Below are positions 29,701 through 39,207 of a DNA stretch of 64,000 nucleotides, piece by piece. How positions within the stretch are numbered: position 1 is the stretch's first letter; each line of letters opens with the position of its first letter. Origin of the DNA: a virus. The stretch lies in the IMG/VR virus record IMGVR_UViG_3300013126_000019, positions 1-64,000 of that record; one strand, given 5' to 3'. Below the pieces are notes generated by a model, which was given only the letters and a program-made list of their open reading frames with translations, did no database searches and was not told the origin of the DNA. The translations under genes were made by a program, and so were the position numbers.

Positions 29701-30196
29701 GCATTTTGTACATGTCCTCAGCACTAGATTTTGCAAAGTCTTGGGCCCAATAGTTTAAAGCTCTATCACCACCTTCCCACCACATACCATTCTCAAGAAC
29801 TTTAGGGTCCATTGTATTCTTAAGTTTTTGACCTCTTTGCATTTCTCTTTGCCATATACGAGTCATACCCATATCAAAATTGATATCTTTATCCTCAATA
29901 AGCGGTTGAAAAATTTTAGCAGCAGCATTAACATTTTGCTCTAAAGACAAATCCATTGTAGAGATCTTTTGGATCTTTTGCTCAATGTCTCTAAAGAATT
30001 GGTCTCTACGCTCAGAGCTTTCTTGTCTAAGTACTGGTGAATTAAGTAAGCCCGAGTATATACTGTTAATACGGTTATATCCCTGGTCGTATTGGTATTG
30101 CTTGGTAGCAAGCATATTACCAAAGAAATTAAGGTCCGGCTGATATGGCTGGATCTCAGGAACAAATTGGGATATACCTTGTAAAAAAGCTGTCAT
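26783..30196 (-). CDS. putative virion cargo/ejection protein
   Basis: 1137 aa; Cys-free, helical Q/A-rich N-terminal half (YQPDLNFF...KQYQYDQG), Gly/Ser linker; located in the cargo block. Confidence 0.6.
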   Translation of the reverse strand: MTAFLQGISQFVPEIQPYQPDLNFFGNMLATKQYQYDQGYNRINSIYSGLLNSPVLRQESSERRDQFFRDIEQKIQKISTMDLSLEQNVNAAAKIFQPLIEDKDINFDMGMTRIWQREMQRGQKLKNTMDPKVLENGMWWEGGDRALNYWAQDFAKSSAEDMYKMPKPEYTPYLNITKLASDQLDKMDFPMGINPTWTPDGKYIIQGKGGPMTMAPLYNYLLNMYGNDPRVIKVAQTEAYLKRKDFVSQNAQAMGGEQNAETQYLNNILNQVNVQAQRFQEQATTNAKVAKAKTKVISNAIANGDIYDPDKTLNNILGNNEEQAQVEEGAAQFHNETLQITNPEVLKASDFGSLRNRADVAVARDLLSEKLYNTAMNYAELNKEIKIDADPYAKAAFDNALDRSNMLLQAQIDQAKMQLQSQLNVSEMEYEMYLKDYYGDSQGKGSGSGSGKGNNGIDQRNPYSQDGWLLGDELTVTPGGSGTDGEQLTGNSIKSIVEGEVAAYENITAPILQSFATTLDKLYETAVGSNPDEALVAREAILKAFSAYLKPGQGQAALKASNQEYANWFNLYKNQVDLSGVSFSDPSKNDKGDYQPSFLEKNVANLKSALGDSAVLSILKSKLNMNQIYSSLDQSELNLALLRVARENQAYNNELVSKRTLQAVGPITSVLPARIDVEKRGDQFHVKYSDVDPTIEKNILVETNQAINERYNTLKKENPKKESGDLWDDAQEYGKEYYTKKMKAYFQGPGMASYSSMSDNGPFGSMTTSGGAPILYKWNGERVSANDAERGYKTKNLEETLNNRFDVISKTYNKTWNTIGGAVDQAAALARGEDPNNIEKLKTLTSTLYGSNAGGGLVGKVYRSDIDGAYAKNPGNSDYRQVFTDLENYMQTHKKNDGSFTLFSGKLSGGDDFDINDVLGKDFNDEAYQVLQQLRTDMSNAGSWKSNQATRPRALMDVRFNVAGSGFDALTFRVDGGYIKGLKESASKELTQEEQASEVSSSSLSDAREYTLMVPSGSFNNEFMTQLKKGDVYKDYVRNVGPININYNDVGRQRFSGNATIRFDQPTQSYIAAGQINMIDPNTGSVIQDPNGIINTVLGENDNLGIWKKTTEQLLEVRNQQLINDFRTWNQYYKKSK

Positions 30197-30249
30197 AATT
30201 ATGCTATAAAATTATTACAAATCATTTAGATTTACTAAACTTCAAAAAT

Positions 30250-33108
30250 TTAAATACCGTATCCTGAGCCATTTTGCTCAGCACCCTGAGCATAAGGGTT
30301 CATACCGGCTGTATATGCTGACAAAGATCCCATCATTGGAGATGTATAAGCATTCATAATTGATCCTGCCATTGTTTTCTTTCTCCTTTCTCCTGCATCA
30401 CCATATTTACTCATATTATACTGAGCAATAACAAGATCTTTTAAATCTTCAGGATCCATATCTGCATATTCAGGATTATTCTTAGCAGCTTTATAAGCAT
30501 TAAGAATAGTGCTTGACTCATTAGAATCCAATTGACCATTTGGTGACTTACCACTAGTTTGAACAATGAGTCCTCCAGAACTAGGATCTATCATAAACTG
30601 ATCACCATAGATATAATTAACAGCGTCTGTCTTGGCCATATTATCTATAGTAGCAATTGTATTATGTAATATGTTCAGATTTTTAAGCTGCTTATTTTTA
30701 TCAGAAATAGCTTTAGATCCTACTACATTAGTATAGTATTCAGCATCTGCTGCAGATTGCGCTTGTGCACCCTGCATACGAGCTTGGGCATTAAACTGAT
30801 TAGATTTATCTTCTGACTGTGCATTATACTCTTCAACTTGTGCAGCAGCTTGTGCAGCTTTATCAGCAACATCACCAAATAATAATGACTGTCTTGAGCT
30901 TGCTTGTTGAGTTCCCATATAAGGACTCATACCTTCTGTCATACCGCGAGCTATAGATGCCGCTTGTTGTGATCTATAGATAGGTGAGATAAACTGAGGA
31001 TCAACTTGAGCAACATATGGTACTTGGGTTCTTACTGGCATGTAACGATTTACATCCTGTAACAACGCTGCACCGGTACCTAAAAGGTTTTGAAGCCAAG
31101 GTTGTGCTGGTGGTCTTTGACCAGGTGTACCAAAATCTCCTGCAGGAATTTTCTCAGCTTCTTTAATTTGCTTAGCCTCTTCATCAAATAATTCTGTATC
31201 AGGATTAATTTTTGCATATTGCCCAGCGGTGGTATTTGTATAAATCCAGTCTGCATTACTTACCTGACCTTGCGGCTCATCTGCTTTACCAAATTGACCT
31301 ATATCAAATGGATTAAGCTTTGTCTTTGTTTCGGTATCGGTAATACTACCTTTATTTTTAATAAGGTCTCTATAACCTAAGTAGGCAATCTGCTCTAGAG
31401 GTACTTGATCTTTATCAATAGATAAACCATACTGATCACTAAATTCTTTTAACTTTTGATTTGTGTAGCCTAATGAATTATCTGTATTGTCTGTAGCAGA
31501 TACATCAATTTTATGTGCAGCAAATGCAAGATTGCGCTTATTATGCTTTAAGAAGGCATTTACAATTTCATCATCTTTAATAGTACCGTTTGCAACTTTT
31601 TGTCTATAATCAGCGCTGACCTTTTTTCCCCAGTTTTTATCATTTTTAGCAGCTTCTCTTACAGCTTTAACATACTCAGCTTTAACTTTAGGATCTTTAA
31701 AGGACTCTTCAATTTTCTGGTACATAGCTGCAAGGTCTTTGTTACCATTAAAGATTGTTTTAAGATCCTGCTCACTACCTTTATATTCACCATAGCCTTT
31801 AGTTCGGCTACCGGTTTTATAATACTTGTCTTCAATTTTTACATAGACATTAGCTTTGTTACCAGCTTTATCATACTCTTCTTGTTTACGCTTAGCCCAA
31901 GCCTCATCTGACTCACCTTTTTTACGCTCAATAACTGTAGCATCTTTTGGTACATCGTATTTAGGTTGTGCAGTTTGTGTAGCGTCTGGCTGACTTTGTT
32001 GTACAGAGCCTGGAGCTGATGCAGGAAATTGCATATCACTAACTGCTAAATCCGGTTCAGTGCTTTCATACTGGTTACCATTTGCATCTACATAAATATA
32101 TACGCCTTTTCTTTTATTGTAGTTTCTTTGAATAATATTATCAAAGTCAAACTCAGATGGACCTTGTTGTGCCTTATACACAAAACGTCCTAGACCTGCT
32201 TCACCGCCATCTCTAAATACTTGATAGCCAATCATAGCTTCAGGCATTTCCTCTGGTACTCTACCAGGATAATACGGATTAGGGAAACTTGAACCTCCCA
32301 TTCTTTGCATATACTGACCCATGTCTTGTGCGTATTGCTGATCCATTTCATCTGCAGATTGCTGAGCACTTTCTTGTTCTTGAGCTGCTCTTGCTTGATC
32401 CATTTGTTGGGCAGAATTAAGAAAGTTTTGATAAAAAGGCATTTGGTCAATTGGTATCTTAGGGATATCAAAATCTTCAGCCTCCATATTCATTGCTATA
32501 ACAAAAGGCATTGCCATCTTAGGTGCAGACTCACCTTTCTTAGATTCCTGTGCAATAGCTAAAGCACCAAGTTTTTTAGTCTTGTTTTTAATATTAGCCA
32601 ATAAGGTATCAACAGTCATTTTATCATTAACTTCAGTAGGATCTAATAGTTTTGCTATATCCGTATTAAGATCATACTTTTTAGAAATGTCGGCAAATGT
32701 ATAACCACCTTTCTTTTCAGGAAGCCCGAAGTAATCTAAGATACCCTTATCTGTAATTTTAGTTTTTGAATTACCACCAAGTTTAAAATCTTTACCATGA
32801 AAGTCACTAAATATAAAAGCACCAACCGGTAAATTTAAAGGTGTACCCCCTTGTGGATGACGGTTACCACCAATACCATATTTGGTAAGCATCCCACCAG
32901 GACCAGGCATCATTACTTCTTCACCTTTCTCAGCTTCAACATTAGCTGAATCTCTATCTACAGGTCCTAAGTTTTTTACATAGTCTAGTTCAGGATCAGA
33001 AAGATCTTTACTTGTAAAAGACGGTGCCATTTGATAATAGTTCAAATAGTTACCACCATGTCTTGCCTGTGGAAGATTAGGCATTTTTTTAATCTTTACT
33101 TGATACAT
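30250..33108 (-). CDS. putative virion cargo protein (crAss-like internal protein)
   Basis: 952 aa; ANVEAEKGE...GGNRHPQGGTPL...FIFSD resembles a conserved motif of crAss-like internal proteins; Q/A-rich coiled C-terminus; several xxGG tags. Confidence 0.6.
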   Translation of the reverse strand: MYQVKIKKMPNLPQARHGGNYLNYYQMAPSFTSKDLSDPELDYVKNLGPVDRDSANVEAEKGEEVMMPGPGGMLTKYGIGGNRHPQGGTPLNLPVGAFIFSDFHGKDFKLGGNSKTKITDKGILDYFGLPEKKGGYTFADISKKYDLNTDIAKLLDPTEVNDKMTVDTLLANIKNKTKKLGALAIAQESKKGESAPKMAMPFVIAMNMEAEDFDIPKIPIDQMPFYQNFLNSAQQMDQARAAQEQESAQQSADEMDQQYAQDMGQYMQRMGGSSFPNPYYPGRVPEEMPEAMIGYQVFRDGGEAGLGRFVYKAQQGPSEFDFDNIIQRNYNKRKGVYIYVDANGNQYESTEPDLAVSDMQFPASAPGSVQQSQPDATQTAQPKYDVPKDATVIERKKGESDEAWAKRKQEEYDKAGNKANVYVKIEDKYYKTGSRTKGYGEYKGSEQDLKTIFNGNKDLAAMYQKIEESFKDPKVKAEYVKAVREAAKNDKNWGKKVSADYRQKVANGTIKDDEIVNAFLKHNKRNLAFAAHKIDVSATDNTDNSLGYTNQKLKEFSDQYGLSIDKDQVPLEQIAYLGYRDLIKNKGSITDTETKTKLNPFDIGQFGKADEPQGQVSNADWIYTNTTAGQYAKINPDTELFDEEAKQIKEAEKIPAGDFGTPGQRPPAQPWLQNLLGTGAALLQDVNRYMPVRTQVPYVAQVDPQFISPIYRSQQAASIARGMTEGMSPYMGTQQASSRQSLLFGDVADKAAQAAAQVEEYNAQSEDKSNQFNAQARMQGAQAQSAADAEYYTNVVGSKAISDKNKQLKNLNILHNTIATIDNMAKTDAVNYIYGDQFMIDPSSGGLIVQTSGKSPNGQLDSNESSTILNAYKAAKNNPEYADMDPEDLKDLVIAQYNMSKYGDAGERRKKTMAGSIMNAYTSPMMGSLSAYTAGMNPYAQGAEQNGSGYGI

Positions 33109-33111
33109 GTC

Positions 33112-36100
33112 TTATTGATTATAAGGATTGTCAAAGTTATAATTATTATCTACATATTCAACCTCTCCTCCATTTTCAATGATTTGTTTAATCATTTCTG
33201 GAGTTAAGGTATACACACCACCCTGCTGCATAGTCATAAATAATTCAGCACCTTTTTGTGCATACTGAGGAATTAAGGGTTGACCATACTGAACATTTGC
33301 ACCAGCAAAAGGAGCTCCTGCAAAGGCATCTGTTGTTCTATCAAAACCTCTTAGTCTTGGACTAAACTGTGTATCTGGTGATGTAAGTGCTAAGTTATTC
33401 TCTAAGAATCTGCTAGCTTTAAATTGTTTATATGCATTATTTCTTTCATCGCTAGAAAACACACCATCTGCTAAATATTTACCGGTTGCATTAGCAATGT
33501 TTAAATATCCTGCTGGAGAAATAGAACTTCTAATTTTACCTTTACCTGACGCTGTTGCTTCTTGCTGAGGTTCTTTACCGGTGTATTTTGGAACATACTG
33601 ATCCAGTTGTTTTCCAAATGCATCAGCTGTTAATGGAGCATTACCGTTATCAAAGAAAGTTTGCATCCTATTAGCATCAGGAAACACATTAACATCAGGT
33701 AATCCTAAGCCTTGCGTTTTCTTATTAGGATTCATATTAATAGGGTTTATTTTCCTATTAAGAGGATTTTGTGTATTCCAGTTAATGCCTGGATAAGTTT
33801 TATTAGGATCTGCACTTGGTAGTGCATATACGCCTACACCAAAATTAGGATCATAGATATCCTTTAATACACCATATCCAGGATACTCACCATCTACTTG
33901 AAACATTGGTAGCATTGTACCACCATCTTGTTTACGATACTGTTGTATACGCGGTTCCCAAGTATAGCCATAAGCATCTGCTTTTTCTAAACTATCTAGG
34001 TAAGCATCTTTTTCAGCTTGCGACATTGCATTAAACTTTGTTTGATCAAAACCTTTTTTATTAGTTCTACCATAAGCTTTAAGACGCTCATCTAAATACT
34101 TATTAATAAAAGCTTTATTATCTTTACCGTAAGCTTCTGAAAATGCTTTTTGTGTATTAGGATCATTAAACAATGCTGTTAACTGATCAGCATTATAATT
34201 ATACCTATCAGCATCGTTAATAATACCTTGAGATAGCATTAAGGTTAATCTTGGATCTATACTTTGATTAAATAGCTGGTCCATTACAGCAGGTCGAATA
34301 TCTGCAGGTAAAGCATTAACATCAAATCCTTTAATTTTTGCTCTATTCTGATCTCTACCGGAATAATCAATATTTTTCCAATTGTAAAATTGCTCTGGGT
34401 GTTGAGTTAAGGGTGTATACTCTAATAACCCTGAACCTAATGGACTACCCTTTGTAATTTCATATTGAGCTATCTGATTAATAAATGGTAAATTTTCTTT
34501 TTCTACAGTATTCCAGTCATAATTAGTATTATAAAAAGGCTGGCTTGCTGATGCCGTATTTACAGGAGGTGGTGCAGTGTTTGTACTTTGTGTTACTGTA
34601 GGATTTGCGCCTGTTGCTGGTGCTGTTACTGGAGTACTTGTTTGTACACCAGTACCCATTAAGTCATAAGGGTTTCTAGGTCTTGTACCTATCATACCTG
34701 CACTTGCAATTTTTTTAGTATTTGCTTCTTCTTCAGCAATTTGATTATCATATGATGCTCTTGCAGCTTCTGTTTCTTCTCTTACTCTTTGTTTATCTAA
34801 ATTCTCAAAATAATCTTTACCAAGACGTCTTAAGTTTTTACGGTTAGGATCTATACCTGCAGACTCAAGAACATCTCTTCTATCTCTCCTAGAGCGGTTC
34901 TCCCAGATATAAGGATTCATCTCATCAGTTTGGAATAAACCTCCGCCGGGCATATCTGCATTTTGAGCTCTGATTGCTCTATTTCTATTTGCTTCCATAC
35001 GGTCAGCATCAAAAATACTTTGACCTTCTGGTAATATAGTTTGATTTATATTATAGTTCCTCGTGTCAAACATTTTACCTATACCAATTTTGTCAAGGAA
35101 TCTACCGGCTGCTGTAGGGTCAGCTTCAAACTCAGTTAAGAATCTATCATATTGACCTTTACTTGTTGCATCCTTATACATCTCCTTATAGTTTTGAGAA
35201 TATTCCATATCAGGAATAGTCATATATCTATAAGGACTTAATCCCATATAAGCGCCAGGACTTGGTCTATCAATTCCAAGATTTGTATATGTTTGTGGGG
35301 CAGCGGTCCCAGTAAGTAATTCTGGAGCAAAACCTGGACCAGACACACTTACGTTAGGTAGATTTAAGCCATCTCGGCTTGGGTAATTATTTAGGTAAGA
35401 GAAATCGGCAGATGGACCAAAAGATGGTGTAGGATTATCGTTATATGCTTTAGCAACAGATTGATAATAAGTATTGTACGCATCTTCCGTAGCTTGTTGT
35501 AATTGCTCTTTAGTCAACAAATTTCCTTGTGCATCATAAACAGGTTGATCTGAATTATAATTACCCAAGGTATTTTGAAGATTAGTTTCTGCTTCCACAA
35601 CTTCTCTAGGTTTGTATGCTGATGATGAAGTAGTGTTTGCTGTAGTTCCAAAAGTACTACCTGTAGTACCCATCATCTGAGCTTTAGGTAAACTGTTAGC
35701 AGAACCACCTTTCTTTTGTGTTTGGGGTGTTTGTTGCGTTTGAGTATTATTACCCACACCATATCTGCTAGCATAAACTTGTTTGTTATATGCGCTAATA
35801 GCAGGATTTAATATTGTGTTAGCCGTTGTATTAAAAAGACCTTTAAGTGAATTTAAACCTACACCCTCGTATTTGTCTGACTCCTTTTTAAAAACTTCAC
35901 TATTAGCTGGTGTTAGATCCATTTGTGATGGATACATAAAAGGCCCGGGTAAACTTTCCATACGCGCACCTAACTCCATACCATAGGCGGCTTTAGGTAC
36001 ACCGCCCATTAGTTGTTGAGCATGCAGTTGTTGTAAATCTTCAAATGGTGGAAGTTGTAAAGCTCTACCCAACATATCCTGAGCAGCTAATATTGTATGT

Positions 36101-36234
36101 TCTTGTAAAGCTTCATCTAATGCTTTTCTCTGAACATCCTCCTTATTTGTTTTTACAGATCTAACAAAAGCATCTAAGCGCTGCTTGTGAAAACCCATAG
36201 GCTTTTTTATAAACTGTTGATCCATCATGGCCAT
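33112..36234 (-). CDS. putative virion cargo protein with GH108-like muramidase domain
   Basis: 1040 aa; low-complexity linkers plus a folded block AQYE...LPADIRPAVMDQLFN...FINKYLDERLKAY...TWEPRI (~33945-34490) resembling GH108 plus PG_binding_3. Confidence 0.55.
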   Translation of the reverse strand: MAMMDQQFIKKPMGFHKQRLDAFVRSVKTNKEDVQRKALDEALQEHTILAAQDMLGRALQLPPFEDLQQLHAQQLMGGVPKAAYGMELGARMESLPGPFMYPSQMDLTPANSEVFKKESDKYEGVGLNSLKGLFNTTANTILNPAISAYNKQVYASRYGVGNNTQTQQTPQTQKKGGSANSLPKAQMMGTTGSTFGTTANTTSSSAYKPREVVEAETNLQNTLGNYNSDQPVYDAQGNLLTKEQLQQATEDAYNTYYQSVAKAYNDNPTPSFGPSADFSYLNNYPSRDGLNLPNVSVSGPGFAPELLTGTAAPQTYTNLGIDRPSPGAYMGLSPYRYMTIPDMEYSQNYKEMYKDATSKGQYDRFLTEFEADPTAAGRFLDKIGIGKMFDTRNYNINQTILPEGQSIFDADRMEANRNRAIRAQNADMPGGGLFQTDEMNPYIWENRSRRDRRDVLESAGIDPNRKNLRRLGKDYFENLDKQRVREETEAARASYDNQIAEEEANTKKIASAGMIGTRPRNPYDLMGTGVQTSTPVTAPATGANPTVTQSTNTAPPPVNTASASQPFYNTNYDWNTVEKENLPFINQIAQYEITKGSPLGSGLLEYTPLTQHPEQFYNWKNIDYSGRDQNRAKIKGFDVNALPADIRPAVMDQLFNQSIDPRLTLMLSQGIINDADRYNYNADQLTALFNDPNTQKAFSEAYGKDNKAFINKYLDERLKAYGRTNKKGFDQTKFNAMSQAEKDAYLDSLEKADAYGYTWEPRIQQYRKQDGGTMLPMFQVDGEYPGYGVLKDIYDPNFGVGVYALPSADPNKTYPGINWNTQNPLNRKINPINMNPNKKTQGLGLPDVNVFPDANRMQTFFDNGNAPLTADAFGKQLDQYVPKYTGKEPQQEATASGKGKIRSSISPAGYLNIANATGKYLADGVFSSDERNNAYKQFKASRFLENNLALTSPDTQFSPRLRGFDRTTDAFAGAPFAGANVQYGQPLIPQYAQKGAELFMTMQQGGVYTLTPEMIKQIIENGGEVEYVDNNYNFDNPYNQ

Positions 36235-36258
36235 TATATATTCTTAAGATACTCAAAA

Positions 36259-39207
36259 TTACGAACTTTTCCTAGAAGTTGCCCAGGCATCAGTAAAATA
36301 ATCATCAAGAGATTTACTGTTATATTTAGTTACTTTACCACCCTTTTTCTGTTGGGCTACAGCACCTGCTCCTAATAGAAGTGCTGGCGGTAACAAGCCT
36401 TTATATATATTAGGATTGCTCATATCAAAAAACCCTACATTACCTACTGCTGATTTAAGTTGTTTGTTTGTAGGAAAAACTACTTCCCATGCATCATCTA
36501 AATTTCTTACTCTTTCTATTCCTCTATGTTGATTATGAATAGCTACATCATAATCTAACAACTGTTCATTTAATGGTGCAGTTTTTCTGTGAAAATTAAA
36601 TAAATCCATTTCTTTTCCAGCTGGAGAATTTGTACCCATTTTTATTAACTCTTCAGAGGTTATAGGATTTTTTCCTAAACCGTATAATTTATATAAAGTG
36701 GGTTCAATATCTCCTGTATGCATCCATGCACCAGAAGTTGTATAGCTACTTGCTGAACCTTTAGGGGGAACTGTATAAACACCACTGCCTGAATATCCAG
36801 AATCTCCTAATTGAAACTTAGATTCATCAAAAACATCAAATTTTTTAGGGGAACCATGTTCTAATATCCAAGGACTACCATCAGGATTTACTAATTTAGA
36901 ATCTCCAAAAGCTTTTTTAAACCAACTACTTTGTTGTTGTACAAATTGCTCAGGAGTTCCTTTAAATGTAGAACCATCTGGATTCTTCATCCATGTTCCA
37001 TTAGCTTTAGTAGATTCTTCTATTGTATTGTATTCATTAATAAGCTCTGGATATTTAGGTGTATCAGGATTCCATTTAGCCCAATCTATTTCTGATTTGA
37101 ATTTACCAGTATTACTAGAACTAGGTAGTGGCTTAACAATATAGTCAAACCCACCAATATCATTTTTAACTTTACCTACTTGTTTAAAATTTAAACCTGT
37201 ACCAATCAATTCTCTTTCTTCACTTAACGGAATATTTTGACCAATACCGCGCGCAAAGTCTCTAGTGTTTTCTTTATTTATCAATTGCAATTCATCTTCT
37301 GCCAGTGGTGTATATTCATTAGCAATGAAGTTGTTTTTCATTTTTGATAAATGTCTGCTTGGTATAACAATCCTATCTGGAGCACCACTGTATCCTACTC
37401 TGCCTACGCCTACACTAAATGATGTAGGCCTGTCACCAAAATTTATTGATCCATTTTCTTCAGTAGCACCTAAAGTGCTTTGTCCTGCTTTGTTACTGTT
37501 AAAACGTCTTGTGGCAATTACATTTGAGTTTTCAGGAATTTCAAGCTGATATTTATTAATGATATTGTTTAGCTGTTGTCTTTTAGCGGCATCGACTGGT
37601 CCAAATCTACCTGTAAAAGGAGAACTGTCATGCTGGTATTCAATTATAAGACGTCTTTCTGCTGGAGTCAATTTACCACTATTTATTAGTGAATTAAACA
37701 TGTCTGCACTGGCTTCCTGAGAAAGACCTATTGCCGGACTTTTCCATGCGTAAGGTATCATTGAGTTACCAGTTGCAACATTCTTGTATGCATTAACAAA
37801 TGCTTTAATATCTTGAGGTAAAGATCCTGCTCCTAAAAAGTTTAAAGCATTTAAACTACCTTCAAAAGCTACATCAGTTAAATTACCAGTGCCTTTGTTA
37901 TACTCAGTCAATGCTTGTCTAAAATCAGAATCGGGATTAAGAAAGTTATATGCACCGTGTGCTGCAAATCCTGTATTAGCTATATTACCCAATGTTAAGC
38001 CTGTACCTAGTAGCTCCGTGCCTAATAAACCACTAGCTGCTGTTAGTGTTGCTGGTGCCATAAGAGCAGCTTCAAAAATGGGCACACTTGGTAGTCCAGC
38101 TGGATCTGTGTTATAAGGATTTTTTTTCCACTCGTATTCTGCTTGCCGTCTAGCCTTTTCTTGAGAATCTAAAATTTTATTTTCAGCATCTAACTCAGCA
38201 TTAAATTTAGTTGGTCCGGGATGTTGGGCTGCATAAATATTCTTTAGTGCATTTTGTAAAGCCGGTGCCTCTAAATTTGTACCGGCAAATCTTTGTCCCC
38301 ATCCAGAAGCTTCATAGTCTTTTACTGAATTCCAACCCATTGCCTGAGCTCTTCTGTTAAGCTCCATGTTTTCATTATAGGATTTACTATAATCATAACT
38401 AGGAGAAAAAGTTCCCATAGTTTGCGCTTTAGGCAAATGTCCCCCCTCTTGAAATGAAGCTGCTCTATTTTGTATTTCTTCATTTATCTTACGCTGTCTT
38501 AACCTTAAATTTGGCGTTTCTTCTACAGGTGTATTTGTTTTATACCCAGGATTTCTTAAACCAGGGGATAAATTTGAAAATGGAATTTCATTTGGAGCTA
38601 ATGAAAAGTAATTACGCAAAATCATATAATATGCATCAACGGGTCTTGTGCGCCCATTTCTCAAAGATTGTTGATAGTCTATATTAGATTTTGGTTGAGC
38701 TACTAAAGGTACCACATCTTCTTTCCAACACTCGTCACCGGGGTGACATTGTCTTTTCATGCTGATCATTTTTGCAGCTATCTCTGGACCATACTTATTA
38801 AGACTTTGTTGGTAGTACTCAAATAAAGAACTATTTGAAGTTGGTGGTATAGCTAAATTATCTACACAGTTTCCATTTCCATCTGGCACTTTTCCCTCAG
38901 GGCAATTTGTTAAACCCATCATCATATATGAATCTCCAGTAAAACCACCGGCAGCAAATTTTAACAAGTTCTCATTTTGCCGTAATGGTACCTTTTGTTC
39001 TATTACACCCATAGCTCCTGGAAAGTTATATGATGGTACTCCAGGTTTCATCATAACACTACCACCAAAATTTCCATCTGGATATACAGGTGTAGCCTGT
39101 ACATAATCCTCTACACCTAACATAGTTAATGCATCACCCGGTATAAATAACTCTTTATGTTTTTTGTCTTTACTGTTTTTCTTGTAACCTGTAGTACTAA
39201 CTTTCAT
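36259..39207 (-). CDS. putative virion cargo protein with two ADP-ribosyltransferase-like domains
   Basis: 982 aa; R-S-E ART signature (ATRR, TSFS, EERE) then ART-PolyVal-like block (FGDSKLVNPDGSPWILEHGS...GSGVY...WEVVF...QLKSAVGNVGFF); immediately after the muzzle gene with TAATG overlap. Confidence 0.65.
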   Translation of the reverse strand: MKVSTTGYKKNSKDKKHKELFIPGDALTMLGVEDYVQATPVYPDGNFGGSVMMKPGVPSYNFPGAMGVIEQKVPLRQNENLLKFAAGGFTGDSYMMMGLTNCPEGKVPDGNGNCVDNLAIPPTSNSSLFEYYQQSLNKYGPEIAAKMISMKRQCHPGDECWKEDVVPLVAQPKSNIDYQQSLRNGRTRPVDAYYMILRNYFSLAPNEIPFSNLSPGLRNPGYKTNTPVEETPNLRLRQRKINEEIQNRAASFQEGGHLPKAQTMGTFSPSYDYSKSYNENMELNRRAQAMGWNSVKDYEASGWGQRFAGTNLEAPALQNALKNIYAAQHPGPTKFNAELDAENKILDSQEKARRQAEYEWKKNPYNTDPAGLPSVPIFEAALMAPATLTAASGLLGTELLGTGLTLGNIANTGFAAHGAYNFLNPDSDFRQALTEYNKGTGNLTDVAFEGSLNALNFLGAGSLPQDIKAFVNAYKNVATGNSMIPYAWKSPAIGLSQEASADMFNSLINSGKLTPAERRLIIEYQHDSSPFTGRFGPVDAAKRQQLNNIINKYQLEIPENSNVIATRRFNSNKAGQSTLGATEENGSINFGDRPTSFSVGVGRVGYSGAPDRIVIPSRHLSKMKNNFIANEYTPLAEDELQLINKENTRDFARGIGQNIPLSEERELIGTGLNFKQVGKVKNDIGGFDYIVKPLPSSSNTGKFKSEIDWAKWNPDTPKYPELINEYNTIEESTKANGTWMKNPDGSTFKGTPEQFVQQQSSWFKKAFGDSKLVNPDGSPWILEHGSPKKFDVFDESKFQLGDSGYSGSGVYTVPPKGSASSYTTSGAWMHTGDIEPTLYKLYGLGKNPITSEELIKMGTNSPAGKEMDLFNFHRKTAPLNEQLLDYDVAIHNQHRGIERVRNLDDAWEVVFPTNKQLKSAVGNVGFFDMSNPNIYKGLLPPALLLGAGAVAQQKKGGKVTKYNSKSLDDYFTDAWATSRKSS

